The notes under the pieces are model-generated. The model did not search any database. It saw only the letters and a program-made list of their open reading frames with translations, and was not told the DNA's origin. From Akkermansiaceae bacterium (GTDB lineage: Bacteria > Verrucomicrobiota > Verrucomicrobiia > Verrucomicrobiales > Akkermansiaceae), in assembly GCA_051251915.1 (NCBI GenBank), contig JBPOGF010000007.1:103675-167674 (forward strand): a stretch of DNA of 64,000 nt. Direction: 5' to 3'. The position numbers were made by a program, and so were the translations under genes. Below are positions 32,185-42,029 of this stretch, in pieces; within the stretch, counting starts at the first letter, position 1, and every line of letters begins with the position of its first letter.

Positions 32185-33294
32185 TTAGGTGAAGATGGAG
32201 ATGTACCAGTTCCAGGCTTGTTGGCCGTAGAGGAGCCAGAAGACGCCGCCGGCTATGAGGGCTGGGCCGAAGGGGATCATTTTGCCTAATCCTAGTCTGC
32301 CGAGTATGGCGATAAGGATGGTGAAGATGCAGGAGAATAGAACGATGACGAGGAGTGAGGGGGCTCCGAATGTGGCACCGAGGACGGCGAGGAGGTCTAC
32401 GTCACCCATGCCCATGGCTTCGCGAGGGATGGTGGCGGAGGTGGTTTTGCCGTCGAGGGATTTGAGTTCTTCGATGTCTAGTTTCTCTCCGTCTACGAGG
32501 ATGTAGAGGTCTCTGATTTCTAGCAATTTTGCTGAGCGTGGGGAGCCGTCGATGTTGAGATGGGTGAGGCCGTCGATGATAAGTTTGTCGGTTTTGCGGA
32601 AGAAGATGTCTGACCAAGGGATGATCTCATCATCGATGACGAAGCTGATTTCTTCGTTTTCGTGTTTGGGTTCTCGGACTGACCAAGGGGTGGGTTCCTC
32701 GAAGTTGAAAGAGCGTTTTCCGAACATGGCTTTTCCTAAGAGGACGACTAACCAGAGGGCGGCCCAGCCTATGGCTAGGCCGAATGCGGAGTAGGTGAGA
32801 CCTTCTTTCCAGGTGAGGAGCCCGAACCTTTCTGGGATCAAGGCTCCACCTGCGAGGGCAATGATGGCCGCGATGATAGTGAAGGGTCTGGGGATGAGCA
32901 TGAGCTCGATGTCGACGGCGATGATGACGAGAGCTATGGTGCCGAGGAGCATGTAAAAGATGGCTACGAGTGGATTTGAAAAGCCATGCCAGCAGGCGAC
33001 CCAGAGGAGACCTGTGAGGAGCTCTATCCAGAAGTAGCGGCTTGGGATAGAGCATTTGCACTCGGCACATTTTCCACGCTGGATGAGCCAGGTGAATAGA
33101 GGGATGTTGCGCGAGATGGGTATTTCCTTTTTACAGGATGGGCAGAATGAGCGCTTGGGTTCGTTGACGCTGAGGCCACGGGGGACGCGGTAGATGACTA
33201 CATTGAGGAATGATCCTACGCAGATGCCGAATAGGAATGTGGCTACAGCGTAGAATGGGCTATCCCATGGTGGCAGTTCGATCATGGCGACCAT
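32185..33294 (-). CDS. pilD: Prepilin peptidase (A24) with an internal insertion
   Basis: GSFLNVVIYRVP, two CxxC pairs, MGMGDVDL and IPFGP. Confidence 0.9.
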   Translation of the reverse strand: MVAMIELPPWDSPFYAVATFLFGICVGSFLNVVIYRVPRGLSVNEPKRSFCPSCKKEIPISRNIPLFTWLIQRGKCAECKCSIPSRYFWIELLTGLLWVACWHGFSNPLVAIFYMLLGTIALVIIAVDIELMLIPRPFTIIAAIIALAGGALIPERFGLLTWKEGLTYSAFGLAIGWAALWLVVLLGKAMFGKRSFNFEEPTPWSVREPKHENEEISFVIDDEIIPWSDIFFRKTDKLIIDGLTHLNIDGSPRSAKLLEIRDLYILVDGEKLDIEELKSLDGKTTSATIPREAMGMGDVDLLAVLGATFGAPSLLVIVLFSCIFTILIAILGRLGLGKMIPFGPALIAGGVFWLLYGQQAWNWYISIFT

Positions 33295-33443
33295 TCAAGC
33301 GCGGAGGGTGGGAGAAATAAACGCTAAAGTTGAGAAATGTTTATATTGGGGTTAGCGGTGATCGGTTAGCGGTGATCAGTGCTGGGGAAGAGGAGCTGCT
33401 TGGGGGGTGTTGGCTTGGGGTCCGTCCTTGAGGTAGGTTTGTT

Positions 33444-33914
33444 TTAGTATCTGTTGTCTGAGTTATACTCATCGTGGTAGGATACTTGGTGAGGCTGAGG
33501 TTGCTGCGGAACTAGGAATCGTTGAGTGACGTAGTCTTTTGCTTTTCCGATGAGGAATGATTTAACCATCGGGCGGATTGCTAGTCCTGCGAGGGTGAAG
33601 AGGAGACCGCGTGAGACTTTTTCTTGTTGCTTGGGCTTTTTGAAAACAGAGCCTACGGTGCCGAAGAAGAGCTTGGAAATAATGAGTCCGCCTACAGCTG
33701 AGCCGATAAACCATTTAGTGGGGCTGCTGGCGAATGAGGATTTGACTTTGTTGGTGACGCGCTTAGGCACATTTATTTTCTCCTTGAGCTGCTGTTTGCT
33801 CTCATCGATCTGCTGGACGAGCACCTGTTTTTTAACGGTGATGTCTTTACGGTTTTTATCTAGCTGGCTGAGCAGTTCTAGTTTCCGTTCGTTTGATTGA
33901 TTTCTGCGAGCCAT
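33444..33914 (-). CDS. Hypothetical YqjK-like protein
   Basis: Coiled N-terminus plus a hydrophobic segment; third gene after the DUF883 and holin-like genes. The call rests mainly on context. Confidence 0.55.
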   Translation of the reverse strand: MARRNQSNERKLELLSQLDKNRKDITVKKQVLVQQIDESKQQLKEKINVPKRVTNKVKSSFASSPTKWFIGSAVGGLIISKLFFGTVGSVFKKPKQQEKVSRGLLFTLAGLAIRPMVKSFLIGKAKDYVTQRFLVPQQPQPHQVSYHDEYNSDNRY

Positions 33915-34384
33915 TGTTTGTCTTTCTGAAATTCAGATTTAGTCAGTGCGAAAAGTTCTTCCTGAGGTTTCTTGCTGAGTTTCACAAGATAGATGAGGAA
34001 TAGGAAGAGGTGGAAAATCATCATGAGAAGGATAACCGTATTGGATTCATTCAGGGTGATGATATTGGAAATTTTAGTAATTTGGTCACCGGCAAACTGG
34101 AGAATGACTCCATAAGCCAGAAGCAGGAAAAGTGCGTAACTAAATACGCCGAAGAAGGCGGTGATGATGCCAATACTGATTTTCTTTTTAGCGTATGTAG
34201 CGGCTTCCTTTGCTTCGATAGCCGCGAGCTCAGATTTGGCCTGCATGTAGCTGAGGCTGGAATCTTTGAGCGACATGGCGGCTTGCTTCAGACCATCATG
34301 CGGAGCGTTAGAGCCAGACATAGAGTCCATAGGACGTCTTACTGGTGGTCGTTGCTGCGGTTGTTGATTTGATGATTGCTCCAT
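33878..34384 (-). CDS. YqjE/phage-holin-family membrane protein
   Basis: Two TM segments, ELAAIEAKE, and LFALTKSEFQKDKQWL. Confidence 0.75.
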   Translation of the reverse strand: MEQSSNQQPQQRPPVRRPMDSMSGSNAPHDGLKQAAMSLKDSSLSYMQAKSELAAIEAKEAATYAKKKISIGIITAFFGVFSYALFLLLAYGVILQFAGDQITKISNIITLNESNTVILLMMIFHLFLFLIYLVKLSKKPQEELFALTKSEFQKDKQWLAEINQTNGN

Positions 34385-34564
34385 GAGGTGCGGGTACTGT
34401 TTTAAGTGATCCAGTGAACTTGATTGTTGTTAAGCGCCACGGTGGGGCAAGTAGTGGGGCGTGCTACCAAGTTGATAGCAGTTAGCCGTTTTGTGTTTGT
34501 GGGTACTATCTCACCGTGGTTATCTCAGAAGTCCTTTTTAAGGGAGTTTATTTCTGATGTGAAA

Positions 34565-34927
34565 TTATCGGCGAAGGATAAGGCCGATGATGACGCCTAC
34601 GCCTACTGCTCCGAGGACGGCTTTAGTAGGATTTTCTCTAACGTAATCTTCAGCAGTGGTGTGTAGTTCCTTTGCTTTCTCTGCGCCTTGCTTGAGTTTT
34701 ACTCCAGCTTCTTGCTTGATTGCGGCTGCTTTTTCACCTGCGAAGTCGCGGAAGTTTTGTGCTTTTTCTACAGCAGCAGTTTTAACTGTTTGGGCCTTAG
34801 TGGCTGCGAAATCTGCCATGTCTTCAGCAGCATCTGCTGCGTGTCTGCGGAGATCTGATGCTGCACGGCTTACGCCTGCGTAGTCTGAAGGTGAGAGAGG
34901 TGTAGGGGTTGTCGGTTTGTAGTCCAT
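34565..34927 (-). CDS. ElaB/YqjD/DUF883 tail-anchored protein
   Basis: C-terminal EDYVRENPTKAVLGAVGVGVIIGLILRR. Confidence 0.9.
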   Translation of the reverse strand: MDYKPTTPTPLSPSDYAGVSRAASDLRRHAADAAEDMADFAATKAQTVKTAAVEKAQNFRDFAGEKAAAIKQEAGVKLKQGAEKAKELHTTAEDYVRENPTKAVLGAVGVGVIIGLILRR

Positions 34928-35068
34928 ATCTAATATTGTTGTTGAATTTAGTTAATCTATTGGCGAATCGATGATTTCTATAACTAGAATGTACATCTAA
35001 AAGCTCTCTAGGCAAGTATAGTATCACAAATAAAAATACGTAGCACTAGATGATTTGAAGAGTTAAAA

Positions 35069-37087
35069 TTATTCTTTAAATTCTTCGTTAAATTTCTCGA
35101 TTTTATCCGAGACTTCCGTCCAATTTGAGTAAGTTTTTTCTAATTTATCTGAAAGTGCTTGGTAGGCGATGGAGGCTTCTTGCATTTTTTCTCCATTGGT
35201 TGAGATCTCTGGAGTGGACATGTGCTTGGTGAGAGTAGCCTGACCGGCTTCTATTTCAGCGATAGCGGCTTCGAGGGTTTCAAGTTCGGTTTCGAGTGGC
35301 TTAAGGATGGAGTTGCGCTGTTGTCTGATGTCAGCGTCGCGTTTGCGTTGGTCCTTGCGGGATATTTTGCTGTCGTCACTGGGGGCGTTGCTGGCGGTGG
35401 TTGCTGTGGCAGCTGCGGCGAGTTTTTTCTCACGTTGGTTTGCTTTTGCGATTTTGGCCGCCTTTTTCGCTTTGTCTGCTTCCTCGGCTTTTTTCTCTAG
35501 GAAATAAGTGACGTTTCCTTTGTATAAGCGAGGTTCTTCTTCAGGACGGAACTCAAGTGTGGTGGTGACGATAGAGTCGAGGAATTGGCGGTTGTGAGAT
35601 ACGATGAGGTAGGAGCCTGGGTATTCGTCTAGTGCGGCTTGGAGGACTGCTTGGGACTGGACGTCAAGGTGGTTTGTTGGTTCATCGAGAATGAGGAAGT
35701 TGGCAGGCTGGATGAGCATTCTGACGAGTGCTACACGTGAGCGTTCTCCACCGGAGAGGACACCTACTTTTTTGAAGACATCGTCACCACGGAAGAGGAA
35801 ACAGCCGAGGATGTTTCTGACGAGTGGTGCGTTCTCGCGAGAGGCTACGGCTTCACAGGTTTCCATGACGGTGAGGTCTGGGTCTAGTTCATCCGCGTGA
35901 TTCTGAGAGAAGAATGAGATGGCTGACTTTGATCCGAGGGTGAAGTCACCGGAGTCGGGGGCTTCTTGGCCGGTGATGAGTCGGCAGAAAGTGGATTTAC
36001 CGGCACCATTGGGTCCTACGATGGCGATGCGGTCGCCTTTTTCTACTTCGAAGTTGAAGTCTTTGAAAATTTCTGTTCTGGAGTATGCTTTACTAGCGTT
36101 TTCTAGTTTAGCTACTGACTGGGCACTAGGAGGAGGCTTGGGGAATGTAAAGCTCATAACTGCGTCTTCGACCTCCATTTCAATGAGTTCGATTTTATCT
36201 AGAGCTTTGATTCTAGACTGTGCTTGAGTGGCCTTGGATGCCTTGGCTCTGAAGCGTTCGATGAATGCTTTTTGCTTTTGGATTTCTTTTTGCTGGGCGT
36301 GGTATGCCTTGATTTTGATCTCTTTTCTTAACTTAGACTCAGTGAGGTAGTAGGAATAGTTTCCTGCGTATTCTTCTGCCTTGCCGTGGGCGAAAGCGAT
36401 GGTTCGCTTGGTGAGGGCGTCTAGGAGTGAGAGATCGTGAGAGATGATGATGATGGCACCTGGGTAGTTGAATAGGTATTGCTCCATCCATTGTTGGGAG
36501 TCGATGTCAAGGTGGTTGGTAGGCTCATCGAGAAGGAGTACTTCTGGCTCTTGGAGGAAGAGTTTAGCCATGGCGATACGCATTTGCCAGCCACCTGAGA
36601 ATTCTGAGCAGTCGCGCTGGAAGTCTGAGCGCTTGAAGCCCAGTCCGGTGAGGACGGATTCTACTTTTGGTTTGATGCGGTTGGGGTCGAAGTGTTCTAG
36701 GAGGATTTCTAGTTCGCCAATCTTCTCGAGAGTTTCTGTGAACTCTTCTTCCATTGGGTCTTGAGTTTCTAGGAGGTCACCGAGTTTATCGATTTTGTTT
36801 TGGATTGCTTTGGCTTCAGCGAATGCGGATTCTGTTTCGTCCCAGAGTGTGATGCCTTTGATGTGGATACCTTCCTGTGGGAGGTAGCCGATACGGCAAT
36901 GTTTAGGCTTAGTGATCTGGCCATCATTGGGCTCCAGAACTCCACCGATACATTTCATGAGGGTGGATTTACCGGCACCATTATGACCGGCAAAGGCGAT
37001 ACGCTCTTTTTCGAGGATGGTGAATGAGAGGTCTTCAAAGATGACGCGTGGGCCGAATTCGACTCTGAGTTTTTTGATAGCTAGCAC
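35069..37087 (-). CDS. ABC-F family ATPase
   Basis: Two ABC domains (GHNGAGKST/FSGGWQ/LLDEPTNHLD and GPNGAGKST/LSGGE), no TM segments, C-terminal coiled coil. Confidence 0.95.
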   Translation of the reverse strand: MLAIKKLRVEFGPRVIFEDLSFTILEKERIAFAGHNGAGKSTLMKCIGGVLEPNDGQITKPKHCRIGYLPQEGIHIKGITLWDETESAFAEAKAIQNKIDKLGDLLETQDPMEEEFTETLEKIGELEILLEHFDPNRIKPKVESVLTGLGFKRSDFQRDCSEFSGGWQMRIAMAKLFLQEPEVLLLDEPTNHLDIDSQQWMEQYLFNYPGAIIIISHDLSLLDALTKRTIAFAHGKAEEYAGNYSYYLTESKLRKEIKIKAYHAQQKEIQKQKAFIERFRAKASKATQAQSRIKALDKIELIEMEVEDAVMSFTFPKPPPSAQSVAKLENASKAYSRTEIFKDFNFEVEKGDRIAIVGPNGAGKSTFCRLITGQEAPDSGDFTLGSKSAISFFSQNHADELDPDLTVMETCEAVASRENAPLVRNILGCFLFRGDDVFKKVGVLSGGERSRVALVRMLIQPANFLILDEPTNHLDVQSQAVLQAALDEYPGSYLIVSHNRQFLDSIVTTTLEFRPEEEPRLYKGNVTYFLEKKAEEADKAKKAAKIAKANQREKKLAAAATATTASNAPSDDSKISRKDQRKRDADIRQQRNSILKPLETELETLEAAIAEIEAGQATLTKHMSTPEISTNGEKMQEASIAYQALSDKLEKTYSNWTEVSDKIEKFNEEFKE

Positions 37088-37132
37088 GGCGCTGGTGTAG
37101 CGGAATTACTTACGATTGAAATGTTAAAATTC

Positions 37133-37150
37133 GCTGGGGGTAAGTTTTTT
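37133..37150 (+). repeat. 18-bp direct repeat, left copy (GCTGGGGGTAAGTTTTTT)
   Basis: Identical to 41285-41302. Confidence 0.85.
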
Positions 37151-37428
37151 GAGGGTGAAGGTTTTAGGTTGCTTGGGTTGTTGGGAATATTTACTTCGGA
37201 ATATGAGGATTACGGCGCAGGTTTGCTTGGTGCTTTGACCTGCGGTGCCGGACCACGAATAACTCGAATTTTCACGAATGTGTGGATGATGTGATTTTTT
37301 TTGATGAAGTATTTTTACTAACCGGAGAAGATGCTTAAGAAGATGTTGTTGAATAAGTGAGAGGCGCTGGAAAGACGGAGGTTGAATGGCCATTTAAATG
37401 TGGTAGAAATGGGGATCTGGAAATACTT

Positions 37429-37848
37429 ATGAAGAAGAGACAGACTATTTTAGTATTTGGGGCATTAGCCTCTGTTGTGCTGGCGTATTTTACGTGGACG
37501 TGCTGGCCGCGTTCTGTGCAGGTGGAGTGGCATTCTAGGATTGATGAGAAGACTAGAAGTGTAGCGGAGGATTACCTGAAGCAACATCCTCTGCAGGCTA
37601 CGCCGAATACATGGGGCCGATTGTGGAATAATATCATTACGCCTAATGATCTTTATAGGGATAGGGCTGTGGTGACTTTGATGAAGTATTCAGATGGTAC
37701 AGAATTGGTTCAGCTGAATTACTTAGAAAGGGAGGTGTCAATTCGTTGTTTAGAGGATGGGACATGGGAGGAGGTTAATCCTGATGATGAAGTAGGTAAG
37801 GATACAGTTCCTTATATTGGGCGTATGTTTGAGAGGAGAGTGGAGTGA
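37429..37848 (+). CDS. Hypothetical membrane-anchored protein
   Basis: MKKRQTILVFGALASVVLAYF N-terminal anchor; ATG at 37429 preferred. Confidence 0.6.
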   Translation: MKKRQTILVFGALASVVLAYFTWTCWPRSVQVEWHSRIDEKTRSVAEDYLKQHPLQATPNTWGRLWNNIITPNDLYRDRAVVTLMKYSDGTELVQLNYLEREVSIRCLEDGTWEEVNPDDEVGKDTVPYIGRMFERRVE

Positions 37849-37968
37849 GTGGCGCTGTTAGTTCAAAAAATAATGGGGGCATGTAGAGGGATTATTTGGG
37901 GGGTAAGTTTTTGTTGTGTGTAATGGTTTTGGTGCACGAGATTGTGGTTTTAGAGGTAAGTTTTGTAG

Positions 37969-38280
37969 GTGGTCATGGTCTCTCACATGGCGTTAATTCA
38001 TAATGTTTTTTTCGAATTTACCGGTTATGCGGAGGACAAGAAGTTCCGGAAGTGGATTGAGGATTATTCGGAGTATCTGTCGAAGTCATACGTGAGGGAA
38101 GCGGTCAGCTACAAGGATTGGGAGGGAGCCAATGGGAGTATCGTTAAGGGGCACGTCCATAGTGTGAGCTCTGAGAAAGAGACGATTACGTTTGAAACTG
38201 AAGATGGGAAGATTTATCATGATGTTAGCCTAGCGAAGTTCTCCGAAAAAAGCCGCAAAGAGATTTTAGCGTCTAAGTAG
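37969..38280 (+). pseudogene. Probable 5'-truncated gene ending in an SHD1-like domain
   Basis: The C-terminus KDWEGANGSIVKG...ITFETEDGKIYHDVSLAKFSEKSR resembles the PVC SHD1 pattern; there is no convincing start or signal peptide. Confidence 0.45.
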
Positions 38281-38447
38281 ATGCATCAGTAGGACTCAGG
38301 GAGAACCATATTTAGCTGGTAATTTCTGGCTCGCATATGGCTAGGTTTTCAGCCAAGATTTATGTTTATGATGACTATGAATTTTAACGCCTTCGACTAT
38401 GTTCATGGTCTTGTCAGGGGGAGAATAGCTTGGAGGGGGTGCTAAGA

Positions 38448-39275
38448 ATGGAAGCCAATAAACGAAGCTCTCGTGCTTTCATTGGTCTCGTAGCTGCGTT
38501 GCCTTTACTTGCTCTCCAATTGATTTACCTTTCGGATATACACGGGTGGAACGTTGCGTTGTCATATGGTTTGATCTTCTTTGCTATTGTTGTGGTTGGT
38601 GTGTGTTGGGTAGTTTATGCAGTGGTCGAGTATAGAAAACGGCGCGGTCAGTCTACGGACTTGTTTCGAACACCTTGGTTCTCACTGGCTGGTCTGGTAT
38701 TCTTAGTCACATTCTTTCCTGCTGGAGAGTGGGCTCGACCAGTAGTAGAGAAGATACCTGGGTGGTGTCGAGTGCGTCAGGTCGTTAAATGGGAGACGTC
38801 GAAGCTGGATGAGAGGTATGGAGGGGGTCATCGATATGTTTTGGTGCTCACTGGTCGGGGCAACATAGAGCATCACGATTTCACCTCGGGCTACTTGAAC
38901 TGGACGGGGGATCAGTCTGCTGGATTCTCGGGTGTGGATCTGGATGATCTGACTTTTTCGAAATGGGTAGGTTATGATCATGTGACTGTTCCAGCTACAT
39001 TTGATGCAGTTTGTGAGCGTGTCAGGAGTTCGACACTTCCGGAAGAAGAAGTGATGCGGATCTCAGGTGAGATATGGAAAGTGATGGAACAGGCGAGGAA
39101 CGATTCTCCTATTAGTGTGAGTTCTGGCATTGTTGATCCAGTTTGGGACGCTCCGTATGATGATGAAAATGTATTGTTGGGAGCTTCAATATGGTCGACA
39201 CTGCTTTTGGGTGTTTTTCAGGTGATAGCGTGGCGGAGTTTGCCTGCAACGAAATCACTGGTAGATTCGGAGTAA
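38448..39275 (+). CDS. Hypothetical membrane protein
   Basis: Three N-terminal and one C-terminal hydrophobic segments; weak strand skew. Confidence 0.65.
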   Translation: MEANKRSSRAFIGLVAALPLLALQLIYLSDIHGWNVALSYGLIFFAIVVVGVCWVVYAVVEYRKRRGQSTDLFRTPWFSLAGLVFLVTFFPAGEWARPVVEKIPGWCRVRQVVKWETSKLDERYGGGHRYVLVLTGRGNIEHHDFTSGYLNWTGDQSAGFSGVDLDDLTFSKWVGYDHVTVPATFDAVCERVRSSTLPEEEVMRISGEIWKVMEQARNDSPISVSSGIVDPVWDAPYDDENVLLGASIWSTLLLGVFQVIAWRSLPATKSLVDSE

Positions 39276-39321
39276 GTTGCTAATCTCTGAGGTGTGGTGA
39301 CTGCTATGTTTTCAGTTAATT

Positions 39322-40269
39322 ATGACTATTAAGCTCAAGTTTATGTTCGGGTTCTTGTCAGTGGTCGGTGATTGTGTTGTTATGTTTAATATGAGGACGT
39401 TTAATTACATTCAGTTTTTTTTCAGGTTGATGGTGTTTGGTTTTCCTATGTTAGGTGCAGTTATTTATGCTCAGGAAGGTGATCCGTTTGCTGATGATGC
39501 AGAGAATGGAGTGAAGGTTGTGTTGCCTCCGGAGCCAGATCATTTGGTGCCGGTAAATCCGTATCCGGGCGACTGGAGTGTGAGATATAGTGATCAGCTT
39601 CGAAAGCGGTTTGGTCTAGATTCTGTTTTTTATTTCCGTATGTTGGTGTGTCCTTCTTTCTCGGCTGAGTATTCAGTATCATTGGCGGGAGAAGACGATA
39701 ATCCGTGGGATGTTGCAGGGGCGAAGAAGTTGACGCTTAAATATGCGATTGCTGATAAGAGTATCTGGTATGCAATGCCTGAGAATAACGGTAAGAATGA
39801 GCAAAGGGAAGTGAAGGTTACTGTTCTGACTACGGATTTACCAAAGGCTCTGGGGATTCGGTTGTATGATGTTTGGGATAGAATGTTGCGAGCTACCCGG
39901 TATCCACTTGGGGATCATTCGGGACTTGATGGGGTGACTTATGAGTTTTCGATGTGGTGTAGGTATGGGGAGATTTGGTCTCCGGCTCAACGCAAGAGTC
40001 CGTTATTATTTGCTGAGCTAGGGGAGAGCTTGATAAGGCTTTGTAAAGCGACACCTAAGACTAGGGACGGTGCACTTGGTCAAGTGATGGTGAAGTTAGA
40101 GCAGCTTGAAACTTATCTGAACAGGTTAGCTAAATCTGATGGGAGGAATAAGGCTAAAGAAGGCGGCTCTGATCAGGTTGAAAAGAATTCTAAGCCTATG
40201 AGTGAGACTGGGGGGAAAGAGAAAGTTAAGGGTAGTCTTAAGACTGAAAGAGGAGTTGGGGCTCAGTAG
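39322..40269 (+). CDS. Hypothetical exported protein (true start probably downstream)
   Basis: AQEGDPFADD after a hydrophobic stretch; low-complexity charged tail. Confidence 0.65.
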   Translation: MTIKLKFMFGFLSVVGDCVVMFNMRTFNYIQFFFRLMVFGFPMLGAVIYAQEGDPFADDAENGVKVVLPPEPDHLVPVNPYPGDWSVRYSDQLRKRFGLDSVFYFRMLVCPSFSAEYSVSLAGEDDNPWDVAGAKKLTLKYAIADKSIWYAMPENNGKNEQREVKVTVLTTDLPKALGIRLYDVWDRMLRATRYPLGDHSGLDGVTYEFSMWCRYGEIWSPAQRKSPLLFAELGESLIRLCKATPKTRDGALGQVMVKLEQLETYLNRLAKSDGRNKAKEGGSDQVEKNSKPMSETGGKEKVKGSLKTERGVGAQ

Positions 40270-40302
40270 CTTCGGATGGGCTAATTAATAATTTTTTTCA
40301 AA

Positions 40303-40821
40303 ATGAAGATTTCATACATATTAACGTATTTGCTTACTCTTTCATGGCTATTATTTAGTTCTGGGTGTGAAAAAGGGCGGGAGCGGTTAGTTTCAGATTC
40401 AGTTTCAGATTCGGAATTGGGTGAGAAGTTGTCTCCTAGTGAACCTTATATTGATTTGAGTTCGGATAAGGCTATTCTAGGTAGGGGAGAAATAGCCGTG
40501 ATTACAGTCACTTTTGTTAATCCAACAAGCAGGAAGGTGAGGTTGCCTGAGCAATCTAATAGTGATGATGAGTATGATAGTATTGACCATCGTTTAGTGG
40601 TGGAGTGGAGAGAGGAGAGTGGAATTTCATTTTCTCCTATATCGGCTGTTTCAATCCATTCTACTCCTCCTTCTACCCGTTATTTAGCTGCTGGTAAAAG
40701 CCAGACGTATCGGTTAAAGTGGGCGAATGATTACGCTAGAGAGGGGATAGCTATTTTGAAATACCAATTTGGCTGGAGTGATGATTTTCCACCAGCCGAG
40801 ATAAGCTTGATAGTGCGATGA
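40303..40821 (+). CDS. Hypothetical lipoprotein
   Basis: Signal peptide with SSGC lipobox-like site; beta-rich body. Confidence 0.65.
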   Translation: MKISYILTYLLTLSWLLFSSGCEKGRERLVSDSVSDSELGEKLSPSEPYIDLSSDKAILGRGEIAVITVTFVNPTSRKVRLPEQSNSDDEYDSIDHRLVVEWREESGISFSPISAVSIHSTPPSTRYLAAGKSQTYRLKWANDYAREGIAILKYQFGWSDDFPPAEISLIVR

Positions 40822-40876
40822 GGTCTGTTGTTATGATTCTGGTGCTTTTTTCGTTGTTTTTGGGGGGTATTAAATA

Positions 40877-41269
40877 ATGGGGAATCGATTTAAGAGGGTT
40901 TGTCAGGTTTTAGTGTTTATTGCGCTTTGGTTTTCTGGGGCGCTGGCTTTTAAGGCTTATGTATTTATTCTAGATGCCATTGATATGACGATAGAGCGTG
41001 ATTTCATGGGGGAGCTTGAGGGGGATACTCGGTGGTTGTTTGATCATTACCGGTATTTATTTGTTGGTATTATGATGGTTTGGATAACGGGGTTGGTGTC
41101 TGTTTGGGTGGGTTATAGAGGGCGTGTGGTTGTTTTATCGTTTTTGGTTTTGTGGGGTGGAGCTAATCATTTAGTAGAAGTTGCGCTGAAGCCGATCAAG
41201 AAATATGAGGAGTCTAAGAAGAGACAGGATGGTGATTTTCTAGAGGGGTTGGATAGACTAGAGGATTGA
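40877..41269 (+). CDS. Hypothetical membrane protein
   Basis: 130 aa with three hydrophobic segments. Confidence 0.6.
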   Translation: MGNRFKRVCQVLVFIALWFSGALAFKAYVFILDAIDMTIERDFMGELEGDTRWLFDHYRYLFVGIMMVWITGLVSVWVGYRGRVVVLSFLVLWGGANHLVEVALKPIKKYEESKKRQDGDFLEGLDRLED

Positions 41270-41284
41270 TGTCTAGTGCGGGGG

Positions 41285-41302
41285 GCTGGGGGTAAGTTTT
41301 TT
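41285..41302 (+). repeat. 18-bp direct repeat, right copy
   Basis: Identical to 37133-37150; abuts the stop codon of the CHAP gene. Confidence 0.85.
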
Positions 41303-41913
41303 TAGGGGATTCTTAGCCAGCCTTGGATGCGGGGGGTGGAGACTTTCCAGGTGTTGTTTTGGTGGGTGAGTTCTAGGGTGGCGCGGGGGCTGCCGGTGGG
41401 GCCGGAGTTTTGTTGGGCGATTTCTATTTGGGTGTCGGTGACTTGGCTGATGATGGCGACGTGTCCGTATTGGTTTGTTTCGCTGGGGCTGAAGATGATG
41501 ATATCTTCTGGCTGGGGCTTGGAGATGCCGCCGTTTTGGAATTGGAGGAGGGCGCGGCGGGGGTTGAGGGTGCCGTCTGGGATGGAGGGGTCATAGAAGT
41601 CTCTGGCGTGGCCCCAGGCGTTTGGCATGCGGTGGTTGAGTTTCTCGTAGTAGTAGCGTTTGACGAATTCTACGCATTGGTATTTTAGGCCAAGGTTGTA
41701 GCCGTCTGGGGCTAGGTTTCTGCCGAGGTCGACGGAGGAGTCACCGTTGTAGTAGATGTTGATTCCGTTGAGGTCGTCCATGATGTCTCCGAGTTGGTAA
41801 GTGGGGGTGGCTGGATTCATGGAGCTGGGTCTGAGGTGGTTATTTCTTACGTAGATGGCAATTGTTGAGAGTATGATGATGATAATGAGGAGGATGATGC
41901 GTTTCATGTTCAT
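41302..41913 (-). CDS. CHAP-domain amidase/peptidase
   Basis: KYQCVEFVKRYY, YGHVAII and IAQQN. Confidence 0.9.
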   Translation of the reverse strand: MNMKRIILLIIIIILSTIAIYVRNNHLRPSSMNPATPTYQLGDIMDDLNGINIYYNGDSSVDLGRNLAPDGYNLGLKYQCVEFVKRYYYEKLNHRMPNAWGHARDFYDPSIPDGTLNPRRALLQFQNGGISKPQPEDIIIFSPSETNQYGHVAIISQVTDTQIEIAQQNSGPTGSPRATLELTHQNNTWKVSTPRIQGWLRIP

Positions 41914-42029
41914 CGTTGCCAGGGATTAGGGTTGTTCAGTGGTTTTGGTGCCTGTGGCACGTCATGAGTCATTGGTTGATTAGTCATTGGTCCGGCATGA
42001 TGAAGCAGGGAAGGATGATAGAGAGGGGG

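Noticed and set aside
33878..34384. Holin-family gene as evidence of a prophage (with the CHAP amidase as lysin)
   Set aside because: The context is the cellular DUF883-YqjE-YqjK-like operon. The CHAP gene is 7 kb away and there are no phage structural or integrase genes.
34430..34472. GC-rich segment with GTGGGGC twice between the DUF883 and holin-like genes
   Set aside because: It lacks GG-N10-GC spacing and a convincing stem, so I could not assign a function.
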